Source: Eledone cirrhosa (taxonomy: Eukaryota). From it: a stretch of 64,000 bases of DNA. Below are positions 1 through 12,500 of this stretch, one piece after another. The position numbers and the translations under genes are program-made. Position 1 is the first letter of the stretch. Each line of letters opens with the position of its first letter. The stretch spans positions 130,634,001 to 130,698,000 of the forward strand of contig OZ024743.1 of the NCBI GenBank assembly GCA_964016885.1. The letters run 5' to 3'. Under the pieces are notes generated by a model that worked only from the letters and a program-made list of their open reading frames with translations, did not search any database and had not been told where the DNA came from.

Positions 1-1228
1 GTGTTTGGTTCTTGGTGCTTGGTGTTTGGTGTTTGGTGTTTGGTGCTTGGTGCTTGGTGCTTGGTGTTTGGTGCTTGGTGCTTGGTGCTTGGTGTTTGGT
101 GCTGCGGGCTTGGTGTTTGGTGTTTGGTGCTTGGTGCCTGGTGCTTGTTGTTTGGTGTTTGGTGCTTAGTGCTTGGTGTTTGGTGTTTGGTGCTTGGTGC
201 TTGGTGGCTGGTGTTTGGTGCTTGGTGTTTGGAGTTCGGTGCTTGGTGCTTGGTGCCTGGTGTTTCGTGCTTGGTGCTTGGTGATTGGTGTTTGGTGTTT
301 GGTGCTTGGTGTTTGGTGTTTGGTACTTGGTGCTTGGTGCTTGGTGCTTGGTGTTTGGTGCTTGGTGTTTGATGTTATGTGCTTGGTGTTTGGTGTTTGG
401 TGCTTGGTGCTTGGTGTTTGGTGTTTGGAGCTTGGTGCCTGGTGCTTGTTGTTTGGTGTTTGGCGCTTGGTGCTTGGTGTTTGGTGTTTGGTGCAAGGTG
501 CTTGGTGCTTGGTATCTGGTGTTTGGTGCTTGATGTTTGGTGTTTGGTGCTTGGTGTTTGGTGCTTGGTGCTTGGTGCTTGGTGTTTGGTGCTTGGTGTT
601 TGGTGTTTGGTGCTTGGTGCTTGGTGTTTGGCGCTTGGTGCTTGGTGCTTGGTGTTTGGTGCTTGGTGCTTGGTGCTTGGTGATTAGTGTTTGGTGCTTG
701 GTGCTTGGTGCCTGGTGCTTGGTGCTTGGTGCTTGTTGTTTGGTGCTTGGTGCTTGGTGATTAGTGTTTGGTGCTTGGTGCTTGGGGTTTGGTGTTTGGT
801 GCTTGGGGTTTGGTGTTTGGTGCTTGGTGCATGGTGTTTGGTGCTTGGTGCTTGGTGTTTGGTGCTTGGTGCTTTGTGTTTGGTGCTTGGTGTTTGGTGC
901 TTGGTGCTTGGTGCTTGGTGCTTGGTGTTAGGTGTTTGGTGCTTGGTGATTGGTGTTTGATGTTAGGTTCTTGGTGCTTGGTGTTTGGTGTTTGGTGCTT
1001 GGTGCTTGGTGTTTGGTGTTTGGTGCTTGCTGCTTGGTGCTTGGTGTTTTGTGTTTGGAGTTTGGTGCTTGGTGTTTGGTGCTTGGTGCTTGGTGTTTGG
1101 TGTTTGGTGCCTGGTGCTTGGTGTTTGGTGCTTGGTGTTTGGTGTTTGGTGATTGGTGCTTGGTGTTTGGTGCTTGGTGCATGGTGCTTGGTGCTTGGTG
1201 TTAGGCGTTTGGTGCTTGGTGCTTGGTG

Positions 1229-1466
1229 TTTGATGTTTGGTCCTTGGTGCTTGGTGTTTGGTATTTGGTGCTTGGTGCTTGGTGTTTGGTGTTTGGTGCT
1301 TGCTGCTTGCTGCTTGGTGTTTGGTGCTAGGGGCTTGGTGCTTGGTGTTTGATGTTTGGTCCTTGGTGCTTGGTGTTTGGTATTTGGTGCTTGGTGCTTG
1401 GTGTTTGGTGTTTGGTGCTTGCTGCTTGCTGCTTGGTGTTTGGTGCTAGGGGCTTGGTGTTTGGTG
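1229..1466. repeat. 119-bp (17-monomer) tandem duplication, recurring at ~8778-9015
   Basis: TTTGATG-TTTGGTC at 1229 and 1348; CTAGGGG at 1327 and 1446; the same pair recurs 7549 bp downstream. Confidence 0.85.
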
Positions 1467-2258
1467 CTTGGTGTTTGGTGCTTGGTGTTTGGTGCTTGGT
1501 GCCTGGTGCTTGGTGTTTGGTGTTTGGTGCTTGGTGTTTGGTGCTTGGTGTTTGGTACTTGGTGTTCGGTGCTTGGTGCTTGGTGCTTGGTGTTTGGTGT
1601 TTGGTGCTTGGTGCTTGGTGCTTGGTGTTTGATGTTTGGTCCTTGGTGCTTGGTGTTTGGTGTTGTGTGCTTGGTGCTTGGTGCTTGGTGTTTGGTGCTT
1701 GGTGCTTGGTGCTTGGTGTTTGGCGTTTGCTGTTTGCTGTTTGGTGTTTGGTGTTTGCTGTTTGGTGTTTGCTGTTTGGTGTTTGGTGTTTGGTGCTTGC
1801 TGTTTGGTGCTTGGTGCTTGGTGTTTGGTGTTTGGTGCTTGGTGTTTGGTGCTTGGTGTTGGTGCTGGGTGTTTGGTGCTTGGTGCTTGGTGTTTGGTGT
1901 TTGGTGCTTGGTGCTTGGTGCTTGGTGTTTGGTCCTTGGTGCTTGGTGCTTGGTGTTTGGTGCTTGGGTTTTGGTGTTTGGTGCTTGGTGCTTGGTGTTT
2001 GGTGCTTGGTGCTTGGTGCTTGGTGCTTGGTGTTTGGTGCTTGCTGCTTGGTGCTTGGTGTTTGGTGCTTGGTGCTTGGTGATTAGTGTTTGGTGATTGG
2101 TGCTTGGGGTTTGGTGTTTGGGGCTTGGTGTTTGGTGCTTGGTGCTTGCTGTTTGGTGTTTGGTGTTTGGTTCTTGGTGCTTGGTGTTTGGTGTTTGGTG
2201 TTTGGTGCTTGGTGCTTGGTGCTTGGTGTTTGGTGCTTGGTGCTTGGTGCTTGGTGTT

Positions 2259-5200
2259 TGGTGCTGCGGGCTTGGTGTTTGGTGTTTGGTGCTTGGTGCC
2301 TGGTGCTTGTTGTTTGGTGTTTGGTGCTTAGTGCTTGGTGTTTGGTGTTTGGTGCTTGGTGCTTGGTGGCTGGTGTTTGGTGCTTGGTGTTTGGAGTTCG
2401 GTGCTTGGTGCTTGGTGCCTGGTGTTTCGTGCTTGGTGCTTGGTGATTGGTGTTTGGTGTTTGGTGCTTGGTGTTTGGTGTTTGGTACTTGGTGCTTGGT
2501 GCTTGGTGCTTGGTGTTTGGTGCTTGGTGTTTGATGTTATGTGCTTGGTGTTTGGTGTTTGGTGCTTGGTGCTTGGTGTTTGGTGTTTGGAGCTTGGTGC
2601 CTGGTGCTTGTTGTTTGGTGTTTGGCGCTTGGTGCTTGGTGTTTGGTGTTTGGTGCATGGTGCTTGGTGCTTGGTATCTGGTGTTTGGTGCTTGATGTTT
2701 GGTGTTTGGTGCTTGGTGTTTGGTGTTTGGTGCTTGGTGCTTGGTGTTTGGTGCTTGGTGTTTGGTGTTTGGTGTTTGATGCTTGGTGTTTGCTGCTTGG
2801 TGCTTGGTGCTTGGTGTTTTGTGTTTGGTGTTTGATGCTGCGTGCTTGGTGTTTGGTGTTTGGTGCGTGGTGCTTGGTGTTTGGTGTTTGGAGCTTGGTG
2901 CCTGGTGCTTGATGTTTGGCGTTTGGTGCTTGGTGTTGGTGTTTGGTGCTTGGTGCTTGGTGTTTGGTGCTTGGTGTTTGGTGTTTGGTGATTGATGCTT
3001 GGTGTTTGCTGCTTGCTGCTTGCTGCTTGGTGTTTGGTGCTAGGGGCTTGGTGCTTGGTGCTTGGTGTTTGGTGCTTGGTGCTTGGTGCCTGGTGCTTGG
3101 TGCTTGGTGCTTGTTTTTTGGTGCTTGGTGCTTGGTGATTAGTGTTTGGTGCTTGGTGCTTGCGGTTTGGTGTTTGGTGCTTGGGGTTTGGTGTTTGGTG
3201 CTTGGTGCTTGGTGTTTGGTGCTTGGTGCTTGGTGCTTGGTGTTTGGTGCTTGGTGTTTGGTGCTTGGTGCTTGGTGTTTGGTGTTTGGCGTTTGCTGTT
3301 TGCTGTTTGGTGTTTGGTGTTTGCTGTTTGGTGTTTGCTGTTTGGTTTTTGGTGTTTGGTGCTTGCTGTTTGGTGCTTGGTGCTTGGTGTTTGGTGTTCG
3401 GTGCTTGGTGCTTGGTGCTTGGTGTTTGGTGCTTGGTGCTTGGTGCTGGGTGTTTGGTGCTTGGTGCTTGGTGTTTGGTGCTTGGTGCTTGGTGCTTGGT
3501 GTTTGGTCCTTGGTGCATGGTGCTTGGTCTTTGGTGCTTGGGTTGTGGTGTTTGGTGCTTGGTGCTTGGTGTTTGGTGCTTGGTTCTTGGTGCTTGGTGC
3601 TTGGTGTTTGGTGATTGCTGCTTGGTGCTTGGTGTTTGGTGCTTGGTGCTTGGTGATTAGTGTTTGGTGATTGGTGCTTGGGGTTTGCTGTTTGGTGCTT
3701 GGTGTTTGGTGCTTGGTGCTTGCTGTTTGGTGTTTGGTGTTTGGTTCTTGTTGCTTGGTGTTTGGTGTTTGGTGTTTGGTGCTTGGTGCTTGGTGCTTGG
3801 TGTTTGGTGCTTGTTGCTTGGTGCTTGGTGTTTGGTGCTGCGTGCTTGGTGTTTGGTGTTTGGTGCTTGGTGCCTGGTGCTTGTTGTTTGGTGCTTAGTG
3901 CTTGGTGTTTGGTGTTTGGTGCTTGGTGCTTGGTGGCTGGTGCTCGGTGCTTGGTGTTTGGAGTTTGGTGCTTGGTGCTCGGTGCCTGGTGTTTCGTGCT
4001 TGGTGCTTGGTGCTTGGTGTTTGGTGTTTGGTGCTTGGTGCTTGGTGCTTGGTGTTTGGTGCTTGTTGCTTGGTGCTTGGTGTTTGGTGCTGCGTGCTTG
4101 GTGTTTGGTGTTTGGTGCTTGGTGCCTGGTGCTTGTTGTTTGGTGCTTAGTGCTTGGTGTTTGGTGTTTGGTGCTTGGTGCTTGGTGGCTGGTGCTCGGT
4201 GCTTGGTGTTTGGAGTTTGGTGCTTGGTGCTCGGTGCCTGGTGTTTCGTGCTTGGTGCTTGGTGCTTGGTGTTTGGTGCTGCGGGCTTGGTGTTTGGTGT
4301 TTGGTGCTTGGTGCCTGGTGCTTGTTGTTTGGTGTTTGGTGCTTAGTGCTTGGTGTTTGGTGTTTGGTGCTTGGTGCTTGGTGGCTGGTGTTTGGTGCTT
4401 GGTGTTTGGAGTTCGGTGCTTGGTGCTTGGTGCCTGGTGTTTCGTGCTTGGTGCTTGGTGATTGGTGTTTGGTGTTTGGTGCTTGGTGTTTGGTGTTTGG
4501 TACTTGGTGCTTGGTGCTTGGTGCTTGGTGTTTGGTGCTTGGTGTTTGATGCTGCGTGCTTGGTGTTTGGTGTTTGGTGCTTGGTGCTTGGTGTTTGGTG
4601 TTTGGAGCTTGGTGCCTGGTGCTTGTTGTTTGGTGTTTGGCGCTTGGTGCTTGGTGTTTGGTGTTTGGTGCATGGTGCTTGGTGCTTGGTATCTGGTGTT
4701 TGGTGCTTGATGTTTGGTGTTTGGTGCTTGGTGTTTGGTGTTTGGTGCTTGGTGCTTGGTGTTTGGTGCTTGGTGTTTGGTGTTTGGTGTTTGATGCTTG
4801 GTGTTTGCTGCTTGGTGCTTGGTGCTTGGTGTTTTGTGTTTGGTGTTTGATGCTGCGTGCTTGGTGTTTGGTGTTTGGTGCGTGGTGCTTGGTGTTTGGT
4901 GTTTGGAGCTTGGTGCCTGGGGCTTGATGTTTGGCGTTTGGTGCTTGGTGTTGGTGTTTGGGGCTTGGTGCTTGGTGTTTGGTGCTTGGTGTTTGGTGTT
5001 TGGTGATTGATGCTTGGTGTTTGCTGCTTGCTGCTTGCTGCTTGGTGTTTGGTGCTAGGGGCTTGGTGCTTGGTGCTTGGTGTTTGGTGCTTGGTGCTTG
5101 ATGCCTGGTGCTTGGTGCTTGGTGCTTGTTTTTTGGTGCTTGGTGCTTGGTGATTAGTGTTTGGTGCTTGGTGCTTGCGGTTTGGTGTTTGGTGCTTGGG

Positions 5201-6030
5201 GTTTGGTGTTTGGTGCTTGGTGCTTGGTGTTTGGTGCTTGGTGCTTGGTGCTTGGTGTTTGGTGCTTGGTGTTTGGTGCTTGGTGCTTGGTGTTTGGTGT
5301 TTGGCGTTTGCTGTTTGCTGTTTGGTGTTTGGTGTTTGCTGTTTGGTGTTTGCTGTTTGGTTTTTGGTGTTTGGTGCTTGCTGTTTGGTGCTTGGTGCTT
5401 GGTGTTTGGTGTTCGGTGCTTGGTGCTTGGTGCTTGGTGTTTGGTGCTTGGTGCTTGGTGCTGGGTGTTTGGTGCTTGGTGCTTGGTGTTTGGTGCTTGG
5501 TGCTTGGTGCTTGGTGTTTGGTCCTTGGTGCATGGTGCTTGGTCTTTGGTGCTTGGGTTGTGGTGTTTGGTGCTTGGTGCTTGGTGTTTGGTGCTTGGTT
5601 CTTGGTGCTTGGTGCTTGGTGTTTGGTGATTGCTGCTTGGTGCTTGGTGTTTGGTGCTTGGTGCTTGGTGATTAGTGTTTGGTGATTGGTGCTTGGGGTT
5701 TGCTGTTTGGTGCTTGGTGTTTGGTGCTTGGTGCTTGCTGTTTGGTGTTTGGTGTTTGGTTCTTGGTGCTTGGTGTTTGGTGTTTGGTGTTTGGTGCTTG
5801 GTGCTTGGTGCTTGGTGTTTGGTGCTTGTTGCTTGGTGCTTGGTGTTTGGTGCTGCGTGCTTGGTGTTTGGTGTTTGGTGCTTGGTGCCTGGTGCTTGTT
5901 GTTTGGTGCTTAGTGCTTGGTGTTTGGTGTTTGGTGCTTGGTGCTTGGTGGCTGGTGCTCGGTGCTTGGTGTTTGGAGTTTGGTGCTTGGTGCTCGGTGC
6001 CTGGTGTTTCGTGCTTGGTGCTTGGTGCTT
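2259..6030. repeat. Higher-order duplication, 2015-bp offset, containing a 252-bp (36-monomer) tandem duplication at ~3770-4273
   Basis: ORFs 2328..3518 and 4343..5533 are near-identical. The 6-bp unit lies at 2936 and 4951; ATTAGTG at 3138/5153 and 3656/5671. ORF starts 3902 and 4154 differ by 252. Region 1-~620 also matches 2163-~2780 (offset 2162). Confidence 0.85.
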
Positions 6031-9000
6031 GGTGTTTGGTGTTTGGTGCTTGGTGTTTGGTGTTTGGTACTTGGTGCTTGGTGCTTGGTGTTTGGTGCTT
6101 GGTGTTTGATGCTGCGTGCTTGGTGTTTGGTGTTTGGTGCTTGGTGCTTGGTGTTTGGTGTTTGGAGCTTGGTGCCTGCTGCTTGTTGTTTGGTGTTTGG
6201 TGCTTGGTGCTTGGTGCTTGGTATCTGGTGTTTGGTGCTTGATGTTTGGTGTTTGGTGCTTGGTGCTTGGTGCTTGGTGTTTGGTGTTTGGTGCTTGGTG
6301 CTTGGTGTTTGGTGCTTGGTGTTTGGTGTTTGGTGTTTGATGCTTGGTGTTTGCTGCTTGGTGCTTGGTGCTTGGTGTTTTGTGTTTGGTGCTTGGTGCT
6401 TGTTGTTTGGTGCTTGGTGCTTGGTGATTAGTGTTTGGTGCTTGGTGCTTGCGGTTTGATGTTTGGTGCTTGGGGTTTGGTGTTTGGTGCTTGGTGCTTG
6501 GTGTTTGGTGCTTGGTGCTTGGTGCTTGGTGTTTGGTGCTTGGTGCTTGGTGTCTGGTGCTTGGTGCTTGGTGTTTGGTGCTTGGTGTTTGGTGTTTGGT
6601 GCTTGGTGCTTGGTGCTTGGTGTTAGGTGTTTGGTGCTTGGTGCTTGGTGTTTGATGTTTGGTCCTTGGTGCTTGGTGTTTGGTGTTTGTTGCTTGGTGC
6701 TTGGTGTTTGGTGTTTGGTGCTTGCTGCTTGCTGCTTGGTGTTTGGTGCTTGGTGATTGGTGCTTGGTGTTTTGTGCTTGGTGCTTGGTGTTTGGTGTTT
6801 GGTGCTAGGGGCTTGGTGCTTGGTGCTTGGTGTTTGGTGCTTGGTGCTTGCTGTTTGGTGCTTGGTGTTTGGTGATTGGTGTTTGGGGCTTGGTGTTCGG
6901 TGCTTGGTGCTTGGTGCTTGGGGCTTGGTGTTTGGTGTTTGGTGCTTGGTGCTTGGTGTTTGATGTTGGGTCCTTGGTGCTTGGTGTTTGGTGTTTGGTG
7001 TTTGGTGTTTGGTGTTTGGTGCTTGGTGCTTGGTGTTTGGTGTTTGGTGCTTGGTGCTTGGGGCTTGGTGTTTGGTGCTTGGTGCTTGGTGTTTGGTGCT
7101 TCTGCTTGGGGCTTGGTAGTTGGTGCTTGGTGCTTGGTGCCTGGTGTTTGGTGTTTCGTGTTTGGTGCTTGGTGTATGGTGCTTGGTGCTTGGTGCTGGG
7201 TGGTTGGTGTTTGGTGCTTGGTGCTTGGTCTTTGGTGCATGGTGTTTGGTGTTTGGCGCTTGGTGCTTGGTGCTTCGTGATTGGTGCTTGGTGCTTGGTG
7301 TTTGGTGCTTGGTGCTTGGTGATTAGTGTTTGTTGCTTGGTGCTTGGGGTTTGGTGGTTGGTGCTTGGTGCTTGGTGTTTGGTGTTTGGTGTTTGGTGTT
7401 TGGTGTTTGCTGTATGGTGTTTGGTGTTTCGTATTTGGTTTTTGCTGTTTGGTGTTTGGTGTTTGCTGTTTGGTGTTTGGTGTTTGGTGTTTGGTGCTTG
7501 GTGCTTGGTGCTTGGTGTTTGGTGTTTGGTGCTTGGTGCTTGGTGTTTGGTGTTTGCTGCTTGGTGTCTGGTGTTTGGTGCTTGGTGTTTGGTGTTTGGT
7601 GCTTGGTGCTTGGTGCTTGGTGTTTGGTGTTTGGTGCTTGGTGCTTGGTGTTTGGTGTTTGGTGCTGGGTGCATGGAGTTTGGTGCTTGGTGCTTAGTGC
7701 TTGGTGTTTGGTGTTTGGTGCTTGGTATTTGGTGTTTGGTGTTTGATGCTTGGTGTGTGGTGCTTGGTGCTTGGTGTTTTGTGTTTGGTGCTTGGTGCTT
7801 GGTGACTGGTGCTTGGTGCTTGGTGCTTGTTGTTTGGTGCTTGGTGCTTGGTGATTAGTGTTTGGTGCTTGGTGCTTGGTGTTTGGTGCTTGGTGTTTGG
7901 TGCTTGGTGCCTGGTGCTTGGTGTTTGGTGTTTGATGCTTGGTGTTTGGTGTTTGGTGTTTGGTACTTGGTGTTCGGTGCTTGGTGCTTGGTGCTTGGTG
8001 CTTGGTGTTTGGTGTTTGGTGCTTGGTGCTTGGTGTTTGATGTTTGGTCCTTGGTGCTTGGTGTTTGGCGTTGTGTGCTTGGTGCTTGGTGGTTGGTGTT
8101 TGGTGCTTGGTGCTTGGTGCTTGGTGTTTGGTGCTTGGTGTTTGATGCTGCGTGCTTGGTGTTTGGTGTTTGGTGCTTGGTGCTTGGTGTTTGGTGTTTG
8201 GAGCTTGGTGCCTGGTGCTTGTTGTTTGGTGTTTGGCGCTTGGTGCTTGGTGTTTGGTGCTTGGTGCTTGGTGTTTGGTGTTTGGTGCTTGGTGTTTGGC
8301 GCTTGGTGCTTGGTGTTTGGTGTTTGGTGCTTGGGGTTTGGTGTTTGGTGCTTGGGGTTTGGTGTTTGGTGCTTGGTGCATGGTGTTTGGTGCTTGGTGC
8401 TTGGTGATTGGTGCTTGGTGCTTTGTGTTTGGTGCTTGGTGTTTGGTGCTTGGTGCTTGGTGCTTGGTGCTTGGTGTTAGGTGTTTGGTGCTTGGTGATT
8501 GGTGTTTGATGTTAGGTTCTTGGTGCTTGGTGTTTGGTGTTTGGTGCTTGGTGCTTGGTGTTTGGTGTTTGGTGCTTGCTGCTTGGTGCTTGGTGTTTTG
8601 TGTTTGGAGTTTGGTGCTTGGTGTTTGGTGCTTGGTGCTTGGTGTTTGGTGTTTGGTGCCTGGTGCTTGGTGTTTGGTGCTTGGTGTTTGGTGTTTGGTG
8701 ATTGGTGCTTGGTGTTTGGTGCTTGGTGCATGGTGCTTGGTGCTTGGTGTTAGGCGTTTGGTGCTTGGTGCTTGGTGTTTGATGTTTGGTCCTTGGTGCT
8801 TGGTGTTTGGTATTTGGTGCTTGGTGCTTGGTGTTCGGTGTTTGGTGCTTGCTGCTTGCTGCTTGGTGTTTGGTGCTAGGGGCTTGGTGCTTGGTGTTTG
8901 ATGTTTGGTCCTTGGTGCTTGGTGTTTGGTATTTGGTGCTTGGTGCTTGGTGTTTGGTGTTTGGTGCTTGCTGCTTACTGCTTGGTGTTTGGTGCTAGGG

Positions 9001-9582
9001 GCTTGGTGTTTGGTGCTTGGTGTTTGGTGCTTGGTGTTTGGTGCTTGGTGCCTGGTGCTTGGTGTTTGGTGTTTGGTGCTTGGTGTTTGGTGCTTGGTGT
9101 TTGGTACTTGGTGTTCGGTGCTTGGTGCTTGGTGCTTGGTGTTTGGTGTTTGGTGCTTGGTGCTTGGTGCTTGGTGTTTGATGTTTGGTCCTTGGTGCTT
9201 GGTGTTTGGTGTTGTGTGATTGGTGCTTGGTGCTTGGTGTTTGGTGCTTGGTGCTTGGTGCTTGGTGTTTGGCGTTTGCTGTTTGCTGTTTGGTGTTTGG
9301 TGTTTGCTGTTTGGTGTTTGCTGTTTGGTGTTTGGTGTTTGGTGCTTGCTGTTTGGTGCTTGGTGCTTGGTGTTTGGTGTTTGGTGCTTGGTGTTTGGTG
9401 CTTGGTGCTTGGTGCTGGGTGTTTGGTGCTTGGTGCTTGGTGTTTGGTGCTTGGTGCTTGGTGCTTGGTGTTTGGTCCTTGGTGCTTGGTGCTTGGTGTT
9501 TGGTGCTTGGGTTTTGGTGTTTGGTGCTTGGTGCTTGGTGTTTGGTGCTTGGTGCTTGGTGCTTGGTGCTTGGTGTTTGGTG

Positions 9583-12500
9583 CTTGCTGCTTGGTGCTTG
9601 GTGTTTGGTGCTTGGTGCTTGGTGATTAGTGTTTGGTGATTGGTGCTTGGGGTTTGGTGTTTGGGGCTTGGTGTTTGGTGCTTGGTGCTTGCTGTTTGGT
9701 GTTTGGTGTTTGGTTCTTGGTGCTTGGTGTTTGGTGTTTGGTGTTTGGTGCTTGGTGCTTGGTGCTTGGTGTTTGGTGCTTGGTGCTTGGTGCTTGGTAT
9801 TTGGTGCTGCGGGCTTGGTGTTTGGTGTTTGGTGCTTGGTGCCTGGTGCTTGTTGTTTGGTGTTTGGTGCTTAGTGCTTGGTGTTTGGTGTTTGGTGCTT
9901 GGTGCTTGGAGTTCGGTGCTTGGTGCTTGGTGCCTGGTGTTTCGTGCTTGGTGCTTGGTGCTTGGTGTTTGGTGTTTGGTGCTTGGTGTTTGGTGTTTGG
10001 TACTTGGTGCTTGGTGCTTGGTGCTTGGTGTTTGGTGCTTGGTGTTTGATGCTGCGTGCTTGGTGTTTGGTGTTTGGTGCTTGGTGCTTGGTGTTTGGTG
10101 TTTGGAGCTTGGTGCCTGGTGCTTGTTGTTTGGTGTTTTGCGCTTGGTGCTTGGTGTTTGGTGTTTGGTGCATGGTGCTTGGTGCTTGGTATCTGGTGTT
10201 TGGTGCTTGATGTTTGGTGTTTGGTGCTTGGTGTTTGGTGTTTGGTGCTTGGTGCTTGGTGTTTGGTGCTTGGTGTTTGGTGTTTGGTGTTTGATGCTTG
10301 GTGTTTGCTGCTTGGTGCTTGGTGCTTGGTGTTTTGTGTTTGGTGTTTGATGCTGCGTGCTTGGTGTTTGGTGTTTAGTGCGTGGTGCTTGGTATTTGGT
10401 GTTTGGAGCTTGGTGCCTGGTGCTTGTTGTTTGGTGTTTGGCGCTTGGTGCTTGGTGTTTGGTGTTTGGTGCTTGGTGCTTGGTGCTTGGTATCTGGTGT
10501 TTGGTGCTTGATGTTTGGTGTTTGGTGCTTGGTGTTTGGTGTTTGGTGCTTGGTGCTTGGTGTTTGGTGCTTGGTGTTTGGTGTTTGGTGATTGATGCTT
10601 GGTGTTTGCTGCTTGCTGCTTGCTGCTTGGTGTTTGGTGCTAGGGGCTTGGTGCTTGGTGCTTGGTGTTTGGTGCTTGGTGCTTGGTGCCTGGTGCTTGG
10701 TGCTTGGTGCTTGTTGTTTGGTGCTTGGTGCTTGGTGATTAGTGTTTGGTGCTTGGTGCTTGCGGTTTGGTGTTTGGTGCTTGGGGTTTGGTGTTTGGTG
10801 CTTGGTGCTTGGTGTTTGGTGCTTGGTGCTTGGTGCTTGGTGTTTGGTGCTTGGTGTTTGGTGCTTGGTGCTTGGTGTTTGGTGTTTGGCGTTTGCTGTT
10901 TGCTGTTTGGTGTTTGGTGTTTGCTGTTTGGTGTTTGCTGTTTGGTTTTTGGTGTTTGGTGCTCGCTGTTTGGTGCTTGGTGCTTGGTGTTTGGTGTTCG
11001 GTGCTTGGTGCTTGGTGCTTGGTGTTTGGTGCTTGGTGCTGGGTGTTTGGTGCTTGGTGCTTGGTGTTTGGTGCTTGGTGCTTGGTGCTTGGTGTTTGGT
11101 CCTTGGTGCATGGTGCTTGGTCTTTGGTGCTTGGGTTGTGGTGTTTGGTGCTTGGTGCTTGGTGTTTGGTGCTTGGTTCTTGGTGCTTGGTGCTTGGTGT
11201 TTGGTGATTGCTGCTTGGTGCTTGGTGTTTGGTGCTTGGTGCTTGGTGATTAGTGTTTGGTGATTGGTGCTTGGGGTTTGCTGTTTGGTGCTTGGTGTTT
11301 GGTGCTTGGTGCTTGCTGTTTGGTGTTTGGTGTTTGGTTCTTGGTGCTTGGTGTTTGGTGTTTGGTGTTTGGTTCTTGGTGCTTGGTGCTTGGTGTTTGG
11401 TGCTTGTTGCTTGGTGCTTGGTGTTTGGTGCTGCGTGCTTGGTGTTTGGTGTTTGGTGCTTGGTGCCTGGTGCTTGTTGTTTGGTGCTTAGTGCTTGGTG
11501 TTTGGTGTTTGGTGCTTGGTGCTTGGTGGCTGGTGCTTGGCTTGGTGTTTGGAGTTTGGTGCTTGGTGCTCGGTGCCTGGTGTTTCGTGCTTGGTGCTTG
11601 GTGCTTGGTGTTTGGTGTTTGGTGCTTGGTGTTTGGTGTTTGGTACTTGGTGCTTGGTGCCTGGTGTTTGGTGCTTGGTGTTTGATGCTGCGTGCTTGGT
11701 GTTTGGTGTTTGGTGCTTGGTGCTTGGTGTTTGGTGTTTGGAGCTTGGTGCCTGCTGCTTGTTGTTTGGTGTTTGGTGCTTGGTGCTTGGTGCTTGGTAT
11801 CTGGTGTTTGGTGCTTGATGTTTGGTGTTTGGTGCTTGGTGCTTGGTGCTTGGTGTTTGGTGTTTGGTGCTTGGTGCTTGGTGTTTGGTGCTTGGTGTTT
11901 GGTGTTTGGTGTTTGATGCTTGGTGTTTGCTGCTTGGTGCTTGGTGCTTGGTGTTTTGTGTTTGGTGCTTGGTGCTTGTTGTTTGGTGCTTGGTGCTTGG
12001 TGATTAGTGTTTGGTGCTTGGTGCTTGCGGTTTGATGTTTGGTGCTTGGGGTTTGGTGTTTGGTGCTTGGTGCTTGGTGTTTGGTGCTTGGTGCTTGGTG
12101 CTTGGTGTTTGGTGCTTGGTGCTTGGTGTCTGGTGCTTGGTGCTTGGTGTTTGGTGCTTGGTGTTTGGTGTTTGGTGCTTGGTGCTTGGTGCTTGGTGTT
12201 AGGTGTTTGGTGCTTGGTGCTTGGTGTTTGATGTTTGGTCCTTGGTGCTTGGTGTTTGGTGTTTGTTGCTTGGTGCTTGGTGTTTGGTGTTTGGTGCTTG
12301 CTGCTTGCTGCTTGGTGTTTGGTGCTTGGTGATTGGTGCTTGGTGTTTTGTGCTTGGTGCTTGGTGTTTGGTGTTTGGTGCTAGGGGCTTGGTGCTTGGT
12401 GCTTGGTGTTTGGTGCTTGGTGCTTGCTGTTTGGTGCTTGGTGTTTGGTGCTTGGTGTTTGGGGCTTGGTGTTCGGTGCTTGGTGCTTGGTGCTTGGGGC

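Noticed and set aside
200-215. Chi-like GCTGGTG variants
   Set aside because: They are followed by T or C, not the G of E. coli Chi (GCTGGTGG), and are explained as substitution variants of the monomer.
7323-11111. 1262-aa and other long minus-strand PSTKHQ ORFs (mucin-like or Pol II CTD-like heptads)
   Set aside because: The minus strand is nearly T-free, so stops are rare by composition. Variation follows the 7-bp period rather than codon position, and the heptad is not YSPTSPS.
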